Positions 7,398 through 18,474 of a DNA stretch of 64,000 nucleotides are shown one piece after another. The stretch's first letter is position 1. Each line of letters opens with the position of its first letter. The notes beneath the pieces were generated by a model. The model made no database searches. It was not told the origin of the DNA and worked only from the letters and a program-made list of their open reading frames with translations. The stretch is taken from positions 800,001-864,000 of the forward strand of contig CAXXMV010000001.1 in the NCBI GenBank assembly GCA_963662285.2, written 5' to 3'. This DNA comes from a bacterium. Its GTDB lineage: Bacteria > Hinthialibacterota > Hinthialibacteria > Hinthialibacterales > Hinthialibacteraceae. The position numbers were made by a program, and so were the translations under genes.

Positions 7398-8936
7398 TCA
7401 TTTCACTTCCGCAGGAACATTGCCATACGACCAGGGAGCGCGGAATTCACCCGCTTTTTTTGGCGTGGGGATTTCATCCGGTTTCATGTCGCTGGCTAGA
7501 TTCAAGAGGGTTTCAATCATTGTAACTCCTGCGGAAATTTCCAGATTGCTATAACTGGTCAACCGCGTCTCATATCCGCCGCCATGTTCTCCGAGGGCGT
7601 CCAAGGTTGGAACATAGCCTACGCAATCATTGGCCAATTCAACCGGGAAGGTAAATGCAAAATTGCTCTTTTTCTTCAAATCCAAACCATATTGACAGAA
7701 CATTTCTCCCGGCGTAGTCAAGAAAACCGCTGGCCCGACTTGTATAGCCTGAACTTCCACGCCCGATGTCTTGCGTTGCGAAAGAAGAGCATCGAGCATA
7801 ACGATCTCCTTAGCGAAAGTCCACTCGGTATGGCCGACATCTTTCGGATCTTGTTTAGCCAGCGCCGTACATTGTTTGACGCGCTCTGGATCGGGTATGC
7901 GATGCCCTATGCTTAATATTTGTGATTTTGCGGATAACTTAACCGAAGCGCTCTTCTGCATCCCCAGCAGAGTCTTGACTGCTTCAGCGCCAATACGTCC
8001 ACCCACCAGTTTGGCATACTCATCTCCCGATGGTCTGACATAAGGGCTTAGATTATCAACCTGGGTTACATCGCCGCTGAAGCCTTGCAGAAACACAACT
8101 ATAACATCATCACCGAAACTACCGAGAATAATGCGTTCCATATAATAAATCCAGTTGGCCGAAATTCCATTAGGGCTAGTCGTGGCGTGGCAGGCGTAGT
8201 TGACGACGCATCCTGTTAATTTATCTTCATTATCCCACACCCCGATAACTCCAACCTCCGGATCGATCGGACCGGCTGGGTCAATAATGTCTGGATTGCC
8301 CGAACCGGGATGGGTAAAAACTAAACCATTCTTCATATTGAATCGACGATTAAAGGCAACGGTATCTTCAATTCCCTTACCTACGCCGCATAGAGAGGCG
8401 ACGCGATTGGAATCCGCTTCGCATACTGCGCTGATAATGGCGCCCCTGACGTTATTTAAGTAATCCGCATCGGCGCAGGATGATTTCTGATACGCCAAAT
8501 CCTGCACGAAGGGAGCAGCAAAATCGTATTGACCGGGTTGCACCATTCCCAGTGGACCCGATGAGTGAGAATGCGACGCGCCGATAAGAACCGCTTCCGG
8601 GGTAATTCCGCATCTTTGCTCGATCTCCTTGCGCGCATCTTCAACCAGCTGTTTTGGAACCATAAGAGCATCGACGCCAATTAACACGACTTTCTTACCG
8701 CCATCATCAAATAACGCCGCTCTTACTTTACATGGATCATGCAATTTTTTGAGATACGCCTTCCCGTATCCACCCGGCTGCTCCATCCCGATGGCGGGAG
8801 TAATATCCCATTCGGCGAAACCAACTTTGAGCACTGCTGCATCAGTATTATCGGCAGCATGAGAAATGACGGAACAACCAAGAACCCATACAAATAAAAA
8901 TACAGCAAAGCAAATCAACGCGTGTTTATATTTCAT
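7398..8936 (-). CDS. Exported neutral/alkaline ceramidase-like amidohydrolase
   Basis: Signal peptide; VGFAEWDITP, LHDP.KVRA, ASHSHSSG, NYACHAT, PGEMF, GYVPT...GGYE. Confidence 0.8.
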   Translation of the reverse strand: MKYKHALICFAVFLFVWVLGCSVISHAADNTDAAVLKVGFAEWDITPAIGMEQPGGYGKAYLKKLHDPCKVRAALFDDGGKKVVLIGVDALMVPKQLVEDARKEIEQRCGITPEAVLIGASHSHSSGPLGMVQPGQYDFAAPFVQDLAYQKSSCADADYLNNVRGAIISAVCEADSNRVASLCGVGKGIEDTVAFNRRFNMKNGLVFTHPGSGNPDIIDPAGPIDPEVGVIGVWDNEDKLTGCVVNYACHATTSPNGISANWIYYMERIILGSFGDDVIVVFLQGFSGDVTQVDNLSPYVRPSGDEYAKLVGGRIGAEAVKTLLGMQKSASVKLSAKSQILSIGHRIPDPERVKQCTALAKQDPKDVGHTEWTFAKEIVMLDALLSQRKTSGVEVQAIQVGPAVFLTTPGEMFCQYGLDLKKKSNFAFTFPVELANDCVGYVPTLDALGEHGGGYETRLTSYSNLEISAGVTMIETLLNLASDMKPDEIPTPKKAGEFRAPWSYGNVPAEVK

Positions 8937-9167
8937 GATTACGCCTTTCGGTCATTTATAATACTTCATGACTTTTAATCGGATAATACATCAAAGCAAT
9001 CCGTTTACGACATGATTCTATTAGCATATCAAAATTTATAGTCCTAATCAAATCCATATCAAAAATATCTGCTCTATTATTTATTTCCTTTCTCAACACC
9101 TTCAAATTTCCATGCAAATACTAGACAATCACATTATATAAAACTCTGTCATACATTGGATATTATC

Positions 9168-10556
9168 ATGAAAAAAATCTCTTCAATCTTATTGGCGGCC
9201 TGCATAATCCAAGCGTCGCTTTTCGTAACTACACATAATGCGGTAAGTGAAGAAATCATGTTACCTCCGCAATGCTCAATTAAACTAGGTTTAGGTTGGT
9301 CCAATAACACGGTTAACACCGTGATTTTCCGTCATCATGGCATTGTCACTCGTGGAGACTACCAAATCACAGCCTACTATGATGACCAAAAACGTATGGT
9401 TTTCGTTAAGAGAAATATTGCAACCGGACAAACCGAATCTTTTTCTCTATCTGGCGAATACAATACCCGCGACGCGCACAACAGCATCAGCCTGGGCATT
9501 GACTCCGATAGTTTCATTCATGCCTCGTATGATCATCATGGAAGCCCTTTGCATTACCGCCGTTCGTTGCGTCCAATGGATATAACCGCTTGGAGCGAAC
9601 CGCTCTCCATGACAGGGACATTAGAAGACCGGGTCACATATCCCTATTTCGTTATGTCTCCTCAAGACAAAAACGATCATGAATCCAAAGGCGAATTACT
9701 CTTTCTCTACCGCCATGGTTCTTCCGGAAATGGCGACCTATGTATGAAAGCCTATGATGTAAAAACGCAAACCTGGACAGATCGAGCTATGCGTTTCCTC
9801 AAAGGCATGGATCAATCCCCCTGGACCAGCAACGCCTACTGGAATCACCCCGCCTTTGATAATAAGGGAAACATGCATCTTTCGTTTGTCTGGCGCGCCA
9901 ATCGCGGGGGGCCGCCCGATCTGGTCAACAACATAAATATTGGTTATGCCTGTACCCCAGACTCAGGCCAGACATGGCTAACCTCTCGCGGCTTGCCCTT
10001 GCCGCTGCCCATGACCCAGGTCACATCAGAAGTGATCTGGCCCATTCCACCAGGCAGCAACCTGATCAATCAATGCAGCAGCGCGATTGATAATGATGGC
10101 TGGCTGCATATTGTCTACTATGCGGATGATATAAGAGGAATACCGCAATATCATCACTTGTGGTTTGATGGTCAGGCGTGGCAATGTAAGGCTATCAGTC
10201 GTCGAACCGATGATTTCCAACTCAGCGGCGGAGGCGCTCTGCGTCTTCCAATCAGCCGACCGGAGATTGTGATCGATAAACAGAATCGCGTCTTCGTCAT
10301 CTATCGCGGAGATATATCTGAGGACCGAATGACGGCTCAACAACTTGATCCACCATACTATGCTCCGGGAAAAACTTTGCTTCTGTTTGACAAGAACCTG
10401 GATCACGCAGAACCAATCATTGACCGCATCCGCTGGGAGCGTGACGGAATCCTCAGCATGTTGATCCAAAAGAACCATCAGCCTAATCATGACCGCCCCG
10501 AAGACGTTCCCTTTGAACCAGTCTATATTGTCGATTGGGATATCGCGGCTGAGTAA
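9168..10556 (+). CDS. Exported BNR_4 repeat (beta-propeller) protein
   Basis: Signal peptide; DAHNSISLGIDSD.FIHASYDHH, VTYPYF, YRHGSSGNG and LINQ motifs. Confidence 0.82.
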   Translation: MKKISSILLAACIIQASLFVTTHNAVSEEIMLPPQCSIKLGLGWSNNTVNTVIFRHHGIVTRGDYQITAYYDDQKRMVFVKRNIATGQTESFSLSGEYNTRDAHNSISLGIDSDSFIHASYDHHGSPLHYRRSLRPMDITAWSEPLSMTGTLEDRVTYPYFVMSPQDKNDHESKGELLFLYRHGSSGNGDLCMKAYDVKTQTWTDRAMRFLKGMDQSPWTSNAYWNHPAFDNKGNMHLSFVWRANRGGPPDLVNNINIGYACTPDSGQTWLTSRGLPLPLPMTQVTSEVIWPIPPGSNLINQCSSAIDNDGWLHIVYYADDIRGIPQYHHLWFDGQAWQCKAISRRTDDFQLSGGGALRLPISRPEIVIDKQNRVFVIYRGDISEDRMTAQQLDPPYYAPGKTLLLFDKNLDHAEPIIDRIRWERDGILSMLIQKNHQPNHDRPEDVPFEPVYIVDWDIAAE

Positions 10557-10578
10557 TCACCAATAATTGAGGTTTTCA

Positions 10579-10824
10579 ATGTCCGATAAGCCTAATGTTG
10601 TAATTGTAAAAGTGCAGGATGATTCCGTACTGTTTCCTGTGATGACCTTGATTTGTTATTTCGTTTTCTTTCCTCTAGGGATTCTGCTCAACATAATCGG
10701 GCTATTCACCGGACCTAAAAGAGGCTGCTTCGCCATCATGCTTTTCCTGGTGTTGCTTCCAGCGTTGATATGTTTCATGCTAATGTTAAGTTGGATGGGA
10801 TTCATAGCCTTCAGCATATTTTAA
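10579..10824 (+). CDS. Small membrane protein of unknown function
   Basis: GAGG RBS; 2-3 hydrophobic segments; tightly packed between co-oriented genes. Confidence 0.7.
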   Translation: MSDKPNVVIVKVQDDSVLFPVMTLICYFVFFPLGILLNIIGLFTGPKRGCFAIMLFLVLLPALICFMLMLSWMGFIAFSIF

Positions 10825-10834
10825 GAGCATCTCT

Positions 10835-12679
10835 ATGAAGAATGTAAATGTTTACAAAACAAATATGGATGCGCTTAAAAACAGAGAACCAGAACTGGCG
10901 CGGCTTTTACTAGCACGCCATTTCAATGAACAACGATATGTAATAAAACAGTCGGTTAACCAAAGCCCCATCATAAACCTATGCGGTAAAAACGGCCAAC
11001 ACATGCCGCTGATCAATCCAAACTCCCCCCAAGCCGAGGCGGATCAATGGGTGCGTGATCTGGGCGAAGAGAACCTGAAGCATTCCCACGTCATGATTCT
11101 AGGCATCGGTTCCGGCTACCATTCATTATCGTTCTACCATCTTTCTGATGAGAACTCTTATTTATGGATCGTCGAACCGGACTTGGATTTGATGAATGCA
11201 GTTTTCTATGCCATCGATCTATCTGAGATTATTCTCTCCACCCGCGTCCGCATCATCGGCGGTATGCCCGAGACCTATATCGCCCGGCAATTATTTACTG
11301 GAGAAATCGCAAATCGAACCAGGACACAGGGCGTTACGCTGGCGCCAACGCCTTTTGCGCGTCGCTTCTATGCCGAATATATCAAGCGATTATCCAGCGC
11401 CATTCAGCAAGCCATACAAACCGAACAACTCTCTTTTCGCACCGAAACCATTCAAGGGAAAGAAATTCTGAGCAATGTAATAGACAACCTCCCTTATATA
11501 ATAAACAGCGCAGGTATAAATCAGCTGCAAAGCCAAGCGGCGGGTATTCCCGCATTCGTTATATCGCCGGGGCCAAGCCTAGAAGCAGCCTTAGATTTCA
11601 TGCCCGACCTGCGCCAATGCGGCTATATTATCGCGGTTGACACAGCCTATGGCATCTTGCAGCGTAATAACATACCGGCTGATATTGTGGTAAGTCTTGA
11701 TTTCACCAAACTGAACGCCCGGCATTTCGAATTGATTAATAATGATGAGGCCTATCTCGTTGCATCAGTCGGGATTGATTGCCGGATAGTGCAAAAATAC
11801 ATCGAACGAAGTTTCTTCTTCACTACCGGAACCAACAAAATTATTCAAGCCCTGCCCTCTATCGGTTCGAGGGGAGAACTGGTGGCAACCGGTTCGACGG
11901 CGCATAGCGCTTATATGCTGGCGCGATTAATGGGCTGTTCACCCATTGTATTGATCGGGCAGGACCTGGCTTTTGATCAGGGAAAAATGTACGCCGATGG
12001 CGCCATGCAGAACGACTTGGATCTACCCAAGCCAAATCCGGCGGATATGGTAGAGGTAATTTCAAACTCCGGCAAAACAGTTTTAACCAACCGTTTGTAT
12101 AAAATGTATTTAGATAAGTTTGTCGAGATTATTTATACTTCGGCGGGCAATGTGATTAACACATCTGCTGAAGGCGCTAAAATTGTTGGAGCGAATGTTG
12201 TTCCTCTCCAACAGGTAATGGCCGAAATCCCGACGAGAGATATTGACAGGAAAATCCTCTCCAATATTTTCAAGCAAAGACGCCATATAAAACAAGATTC
12301 GGTGCAACGCGATATCGATAAACTTATATCACGAAGCCGCAATATCCAGCAGCATCTTAACAAACTCAAAGACGCATGTGAATCATTGCCAATAAAATCC
12401 AGTCTATTTCAATCTGAATTCAATACTATATACCGTCAACTACAAATCCTTCTTCAACAAGATCCCCAGGTTTTCATGCTCTGCACTCCCCTATGCCCAG
12501 GCAGCACTATTTCATTTATGAGTCAAATGAGCTCCGCCGGATTAATCAAAAACGGTTCAGAGTCAGAAAACCAGAAGATACAAAAAAAATCGCTCCTGTT
12601 TTTTAAAGATTTCATCGATGCCTTAGAGTTAAATATCAAGTCATTATCAAAGGCCTCTTTATCAACCACAGCCAAATAA
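10835..12679 (+). CDS. Motility-associated factor (Maf/DUF115, MptE-like) glycosyltransferase-family protein
   Basis: ILGIGSGYH, VISPGPSL, IIAVDTA, GSTAHSAY.LA..MGCSPIVLIGQDLAF and VINTSAEGAKI motifs. Confidence 0.85.
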   Translation: MKNVNVYKTNMDALKNREPELARLLLARHFNEQRYVIKQSVNQSPIINLCGKNGQHMPLINPNSPQAEADQWVRDLGEENLKHSHVMILGIGSGYHSLSFYHLSDENSYLWIVEPDLDLMNAVFYAIDLSEIILSTRVRIIGGMPETYIARQLFTGEIANRTRTQGVTLAPTPFARRFYAEYIKRLSSAIQQAIQTEQLSFRTETIQGKEILSNVIDNLPYIINSAGINQLQSQAAGIPAFVISPGPSLEAALDFMPDLRQCGYIIAVDTAYGILQRNNIPADIVVSLDFTKLNARHFELINNDEAYLVASVGIDCRIVQKYIERSFFFTTGTNKIIQALPSIGSRGELVATGSTAHSAYMLARLMGCSPIVLIGQDLAFDQGKMYADGAMQNDLDLPKPNPADMVEVISNSGKTVLTNRLYKMYLDKFVEIIYTSAGNVINTSAEGAKIVGANVVPLQQVMAEIPTRDIDRKILSNIFKQRRHIKQDSVQRDIDKLISRSRNIQQHLNKLKDACESLPIKSSLFQSEFNTIYRQLQILLQQDPQVFMLCTPLCPGSTISFMSQMSSAGLIKNGSESENQKIQKKSLLFFKDFIDALELNIKSLSKASLSTTAK

Positions 12680-12704
12680 CCGGTATATTTCTAAATAAAC
12701 AAAA

Positions 12705-15700
12705 TCAATTCTCTTTTATGTTGATCGGTAATTGAATGGTAAACTTAGCGCCATTGCCAGGTGATGATTCAACTGACATAGCGCCATTGTGATTCTCTGT
12801 GATAATGAAATAAGAGACCGACAGGCCTAAACCCGTACCAATTCCAGGGGCTTTAGTGGTATAAAACGGTTCAAAAACACGCTTCCGGATTTCTTCCGTC
12901 ATGCCAGGCCCGTTATCTTCAACTTCCATACAGGCGTTATCGCCTTGTTGAAGAAGTCGGAGAGTTATACAAGGCGCTTCAGTTTTATCTTCTTCTTCAT
13001 TCATTGCTTGAGCGGCATTCTTCAACAGGTTAAGAATTACTTGTTGAATCTTGATGCCTTCACACAACACCTCCGGCATATTCTCATCATAACCACGGAT
13101 GATATTGATCTTCCGGAAATCATATTTCTTTTTCAGATCATAATCGTTAGACGCCAGTTCAATTGCTTTATCAAGCATTTCGCTTAGATTATGATAAGAG
13201 AAATCTGAGTCGCTTCTACGGCTGAAACTAAGCATATTACCTACAATCTTTGATGCTCTTAGACCAGATTCAGTAATAGTTTCAATCATGTCGAACAAGC
13301 CGCGCTTATTCATATATTTTTCTATTGCTTTTATATCCGTACCGCACTCTTCGGCAATAATTTGATTTTTAGGTATTGCCCCGGTGATGCGGTTACGCAG
13401 AACCTGGGTATTTTGGATGATGCCAGCCAAAGGATTATTGATTTCATGGGCCATACCTGCCGCCAGTCCACCGACAGAGAGCATCTTTTCCGATTGGATC
13501 ATCATCTCTTCCAACCGTACATGCTCAGTCACATCGTCGACGCGAATCACTGCGCCTTCAACGCCATTTGCAACGAGAGGATAGATGGTGACATTCTCAT
13601 AACGAATCTCTCCACCAACTTGCCGAGCGACTTTGGCGTCTTCGCAGGTTTGGCGTTCACGGATAGCTGATTTAATTTTCTCAATCTGGTTCTGGAGATT
13701 AGGAAAGACATCTTCCAGTATACGCCCGGCAGCCTGGGCGGCGTTGATGCCGGTCTCTTTTTCGGCTTGTTGATTCCATTGCGTCACATTGCCATCTAAA
13801 TCAACTCCAATAAGCACTGAAGGCATAGAATTAATTATGTTGCTCAAATAGTTACGCAGATGATGAAGTTCCTCTTCAGCCCTCTTGCGTGCAGTGATAT
13901 CACGGATAACCGCCATAACTCTATCCTGCCCACCCAGCACTACCCGCTTAAGAGTAACGTCTCCCCAGTACAATTCCCCGTTCTTTCTCAGGAATAACCA
14001 TTCAAATGTCTGCACTCCTTCCTCTGCGGTTTTTTGAATCAAATTCTCTGCATCTTTATTTGAGTATGGAGGCTGACCTTCACTGATGTCTCCAACATTA
14101 AAGTTAAGAATATCTTCCCGCTTATATCCTGTCATTCTGCATACAGAATCGTTTACATCCAGGAAATCGCCGGTTTCTAAATTATGAATAATAATACCAT
14201 CGTTACTGGCATTGAATATCTCCCGGTAACTAATTTCGCTTTTGTTTAATGCCTCCGCTGCTTGCTGACGCTCAAGCGCCAGTTTTCGCTCATACTCAAC
14301 CTCCCGTAATCGCAACCGGGAACGCCAACTCGAAACAATCCAACCGATGCCTAGCAGTCCGATGATAATCCCCCAGCGAAATAACTTAGTCTGCCACCAC
14401 ATGGGTAGGATGATCAAGTCTAAATCAATGTCTTGTTTATCCCACACACCATCATTATTTGTAGCCTTGACGTGTAATTTATAATTCCCTGGATTCAAAT
14501 TCGTATAAGTCGCTTTTCTTTCCGGACCGGCCATACGCCAATCAGACTCAAAACCTTCAAGCATATATTGATATTGGTTTCTAGAAGACGAGCGGTAATT
14601 CAATAGCGCGAATTGGAAACTGATCATGGAATGGATTGAAGAAATCTCGATACGGTCGGTTTCCGTGATGCTTTTTTGCAGAGGAGAGTCCTCTCGACCT
14701 GGAAGCATTGCTTGATTGAATATTTCAAAACAGGTAAAAACTAATGAAGAGGCTACATCATTAGGATGAATATCCCGTGGATTATAAATTATAAGCCCTT
14801 CTGTTGATCCAATAAACAATTCACCTGAACGACCGCAATAACGGGCGTTTCCATTTGAAAATGTCCCCGGTATATTTTCATCATAGGTGCGGCATTGATT
14901 AGCCTCGTAATCAAACCGGCAGAGTCCTTTGTTAGTTAATAACCACAGAAATCCATCTTGGTCTTCCACAAAGCCCCGTATCATATTACTAGGCAATCCA
15001 TTTTCAATAGTGAAAGCCTCAAATTTTTCCGTAGATTTATCAAACCGGTTTATACCTCCACCTGCGGTTGCTATCCATAAATTACCATCCTTATCCTCCA
15101 GCATATCTGTAATCATGTTGAAACTTAAAGATTGCGGATCATTGGCATCGTGGTAGTAATTCGTCCAACTATCAGTTGATGGTTCCCATCGGCAAATACC
15201 ATCCGACGTCCCGGCCCACAAAGTTCCATCTTGCATGATTTGTACGCTCCAGACAGAATCATGGCTGATACTGCCGGGATCATCTGGATCATGACGATAT
15301 GTAATAAAACCATCTTCTTCAGGTAAATACCGGGAGATGCCTCCATCAACCGTTGCCACCCAAAGCTGTTTTTCATGATCTTCAACGATGCGCCATATAT
15401 GAGGGCTGTGGAGTGAATTGCTGCGCTTGCGCTCAGGTAGATACCTGCGAAATGTTCCTGTTTCCGGATCAAATTTATTCAGCCCTCCATTCCAGACGCC
15501 TACCCACAGTTGTTTATTGTGATCTTTCAGTAAACAAACAGCAGCTCTTCCTCCCAGGCTGCTTTCATCATTAGGATCATGTTTATAATTTGTCCACTGT
15601 CCGGAAGCACGATCAAAATAATTCAATCCTCCCCTATCCGTACCTACCCACAAATTACCGGACTCTTCTTCTATAACAGAAAGCACTCTATCATCAGACA

Positions 15701-16880
15701 GCGAATTATCTTCTCCTGGAATATTACGGTACACACGGAATGGAGCATTCAATTTATTGGCGTAACTTACGCCAGACGGGAAATGCCCCATCCAGAAATC
15801 GCCATTACTATCCTGGTAAATTGATCGAATAACATTGCTAACTAGCGTTCTCTCGTCATATTTATTGTGGAGGATATTTATCGCTTGTTTTTTTAGTAAA
15901 TTATAAAAATAAAGCCCACCTCCATCGGTCCCCGCCAACACATTTCCCTTATGGTCGACAAACAATGATTCAATTGTGGGATTCTGAAGCGCATTCGGGT
16001 CATTGGGATCATAATCAAAACGTTCAACAGACCCGCTTTGGGGATCAAAAGAACATAATCCTTGCTCAGTCCCCAACCATAGAATTCCATCAGTTCCTTC
16101 CCCAATAGAATCAATTCGGTTATGACTTATACTGCCCGGGTCATCGGGATTATGTTCATAATATCGAAAATTCCGTGTTTGGGGATCAAATTTATTCAAG
16201 CCGCCAAAATTCATCCCAAGCCAGATTATCCCTGTACGGCTGCGTATCATTACCCGAATCAGATTATCATTTGGCGAATCGTGATCTATAGAACCGGCTT
16301 CATAAGGTTTGGAGACTAATCTTTCAAATCTACCCGTCTTGGGATCAAAAAGATTCAATCCTCCACCGATGGTCGACACCCATATCGTTCCATCATCATT
16401 AATCAGTAAATCACTGACTGCATTATCACTCAAACTAGCCTCATCATTTGGATCATGAAAATAATGACTGAATTTCTCGGTTTCACGATGCCAAAGATTC
16501 AAGCCGCCTTCATCAGTTCCAACCCAGATATTACTGTTGACATCCTCTTTAAGACATAATATTGAATTATGAGATATGCTATTTGGATCATCGGAATCCG
16601 GTCTGAATATATTGAATTCATGACCATCATATCGCACCAGGCCATCACCTGTTCCAAACCACATGAATCCCCGGCTATCTTCTAGAATAATGTTAACCGA
16701 AGAAGCCGGCATCCCCTCCTTTGTTGTCAGGCGCTTAAAACTAAGAGAATCAGTTGTATTAGTTTGTACTCCCCAGGCAGAAAAGCCCAAAACAGATGAT
16801 AGGAATAACAAAAAAATCATATATTGGGTTATGAAAATCCCGTTGTTTTGCTTCATAGTTCTATCCATTATAAAAATCAA
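12705..16880 (-). CDS. Sensor histidine kinase with two-component regulator propeller repeats, Y_Y_Y domain, 2 PAS, HisKA and HATPase
   Basis: Repeated 'ED..G.LW(V/I)GT..GGL..FD' blades; YQYMLEGFE..W and YTNLNPGNY; TM segment; AHEINNPL; GTGLGL. Start may be ATG 16856. Confidence 0.95.
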   Translation of the reverse strand: MIFIMDRTMKQNNGIFITQYMIFLLFLSSVLGFSAWGVQTNTTDSLSFKRLTTKEGMPASSVNIILEDSRGFMWFGTGDGLVRYDGHEFNIFRPDSDDPNSISHNSILCLKEDVNSNIWVGTDEGGLNLWHRETEKFSHYFHDPNDEASLSDNAVSDLLINDDGTIWVSTIGGGLNLFDPKTGRFERLVSKPYEAGSIDHDSPNDNLIRVMIRSRTGIIWLGMNFGGLNKFDPQTRNFRYYEHNPDDPGSISHNRIDSIGEGTDGILWLGTEQGLCSFDPQSGSVERFDYDPNDPNALQNPTIESLFVDHKGNVLAGTDGGGLYFYNLLKKQAINILHNKYDERTLVSNVIRSIYQDSNGDFWMGHFPSGVSYANKLNAPFRVYRNIPGEDNSLSDDRVLSVIEEESGNLWVGTDRGGLNYFDRASGQWTNYKHDPNDESSLGGRAAVCLLKDHNKQLWVGVWNGGLNKFDPETGTFRRYLPERKRSNSLHSPHIWRIVEDHEKQLWVATVDGGISRYLPEEDGFITYRHDPDDPGSISHDSVWSVQIMQDGTLWAGTSDGICRWEPSTDSWTNYYHDANDPQSLSFNMITDMLEDKDGNLWIATAGGGINRFDKSTEKFEAFTIENGLPSNMIRGFVEDQDGFLWLLTNKGLCRFDYEANQCRTYDENIPGTFSNGNARYCGRSGELFIGSTEGLIIYNPRDIHPNDVASSLVFTCFEIFNQAMLPGREDSPLQKSITETDRIEISSIHSMISFQFALLNYRSSSRNQYQYMLEGFESDWRMAGPERKATYTNLNPGNYKLHVKATNNDGVWDKQDIDLDLIILPMWWQTKLFRWGIIIGLLGIGWIVSSWRSRLRLREVEYERKLALERQQAAEALNKSEISYREIFNASNDGIIIHNLETGDFLDVNDSVCRMTGYKREDILNFNVGDISEGQPPYSNKDAENLIQKTAEEGVQTFEWLFLRKNGELYWGDVTLKRVVLGGQDRVMAVIRDITARKRAEEELHHLRNYLSNIINSMPSVLIGVDLDGNVTQWNQQAEKETGINAAQAAGRILEDVFPNLQNQIEKIKSAIRERQTCEDAKVARQVGGEIRYENVTIYPLVANGVEGAVIRVDDVTEHVRLEEMMIQSEKMLSVGGLAAGMAHEINNPLAGIIQNTQVLRNRITGAIPKNQIIAEECGTDIKAIEKYMNKRGLFDMIETITESGLRASKIVGNMLSFSRRSDSDFSYHNLSEMLDKAIELASNDYDLKKKYDFRKINIIRGYDENMPEVLCEGIKIQQVILNLLKNAAQAMNEEEDKTEAPCITLRLLQQGDNACMEVEDNGPGMTEEIRKRVFEPFYTTKAPGIGTGLGLSVSYFIITENHNGAMSVESSPGNGAKFTIQLPINIKEN

Positions 16881-17086
16881 AAGTTATTTACATATTGTAT
16901 CTTATATAAATCAAGAATAACGGGCAAAGCGCATTTCTTTAAATTGCAATGCTTTCCAGGTATTCAAACCAACATAGCAAGTAACGTAATGATACAATTC
17001 ACCCTAATTGTTTCATTGTTCTCGTTTGAAATACTCAACGGATGTAGAATAAAAATTATTGAGACTACATTTATAACGAGGAAACT

Positions 17087-18358
17087 ATGTTAAAAAAAGT
17101 TTTTGCATCAATATTTTTCACTCTTTTGATCATTTCCAAATCAGGTTTTACCGCTACTGAAATAAATCCCTCACAAGTGGATGTCTCTACCCTGACGGGA
17201 AAAATTATGTGCGGCTACCAGGGCTGGTTCGCCTGCCCGGGAGATGGCGCTGACCGTGGATGGGTTCACTATGGAAAACGTGGAGAATTTAAACCCGGCC
17301 AATGCTCTATAGATTTATGGCCCGATGTCAGCGAACTTGACGAAGATGAAAAATATCCCACGTCACTCAAACATGCTGATGGCAGTATTGCTCAAGTTTT
17401 TAGTTCATTGAACCGTAAAACCGTCGTCCGTCATTTCAAATGGATGAGCGATTATGGCATCGACGGCGCCTTCGTTCAGCGCTTCGCAGTTGAGACCTTC
17501 AACAAGAAAAATCTCAATCACTGCAACACCGTGCTGCGTCATTGCCGTGAAGGCGCCAATAAATATGGCCGCGCCTACGCTGTGATGTACGACCTATCCG
17601 GATTACGCGAGGGGCAAATTGATCGCGTTATCGACGACTGGAAAAATCTGGTTGATCAAATGGGTATCACCAAAGATAAAAATGATAAAAGTTATCTGCA
17701 CCATAACGGCAAACCAGTGGTCTCCATTTGGGGCGTCGGTTTTAACGATAACCGCAAATACACCCTGCAAGAATGCGCCAAATTAATCGACTTCATGAAG
17801 AACGATCCAAAATACGGCGGTTGCACTGTCATGCTTGGCGTTCCCACATATTGGAGAACCCAAACTCGCGATACGGTGAATGACCCATACCTGCATGAAG
17901 TCATACTGAAAGCCGACATTATCAGCCCCTGGACCATAGGCCGTTTCGGAACTTTTGAGAATGTTGAACAACATGCCATTAAATGCTTAAAACCAGATAT
18001 GGAATGGTGTAAAAAAAATGACAAAGAATATCTCCCGGTGGTTTTCCCCGGATTCAGTTGGCATAACATGAAGCCCGACGCTCCCTTAAATGCCATCCCC
18101 AGAAGAAGAGGAGCATTTCTCTGGAAACAAATCACTGAAGCCAAAAAATCCGGCGCCACAATGATATACCAGGCCATGTTCGATGAGGTCGATGAAGGAA
18201 CCGCCATTTTCAAATGCACTAATAATCCACCAGTGGGAGACAGTAAATTCTTAACCTATGAAGATATGCCCAGTGATCATTATTTATGGCTGGTTGGCAA
18301 AGGAGGTCAACTAATACGAGGAGAAATACCTCTAACCAATGCAATACCCGATAGATAA
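17087..18358 (+). CDS. Exported GH71/GH99-like glycoside hydrolase (xylosidase/arabinosidase-type)
   Basis: Signal peptide; MCGYQGWF, HFKWM.DYGIDGAFVQRF, PVVFPGFSW and AMFDEVDEGT. Confidence 0.85.
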   Translation: MLKKVFASIFFTLLIISKSGFTATEINPSQVDVSTLTGKIMCGYQGWFACPGDGADRGWVHYGKRGEFKPGQCSIDLWPDVSELDEDEKYPTSLKHADGSIAQVFSSLNRKTVVRHFKWMSDYGIDGAFVQRFAVETFNKKNLNHCNTVLRHCREGANKYGRAYAVMYDLSGLREGQIDRVIDDWKNLVDQMGITKDKNDKSYLHHNGKPVVSIWGVGFNDNRKYTLQECAKLIDFMKNDPKYGGCTVMLGVPTYWRTQTRDTVNDPYLHEVILKADIISPWTIGRFGTFENVEQHAIKCLKPDMEWCKKNDKEYLPVVFPGFSWHNMKPDAPLNAIPRRRGAFLWKQITEAKKSGATMIYQAMFDEVDEGTAIFKCTNNPPVGDSKFLTYEDMPSDHYLWLVGKGGQLIRGEIPLTNAIPDR

Positions 18359-18474
18359 ATAAATTTCCGGAAATATGAATAAACTAAGGCAACAAGCTCA
18401 CTCTGTATTTACTATTCTATTTGAAATTGTTAACATAATATTGTATTTATTCAATCCCATCAGGAGAATGTGAA

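Noticed and set aside
14900-16700. Periodic repeats in the kinase gene that could suggest a CRISPR or tandem array
   Set aside because: These are degenerate beta-propeller blades in coding sequence; there are no identical direct repeats with spacers.
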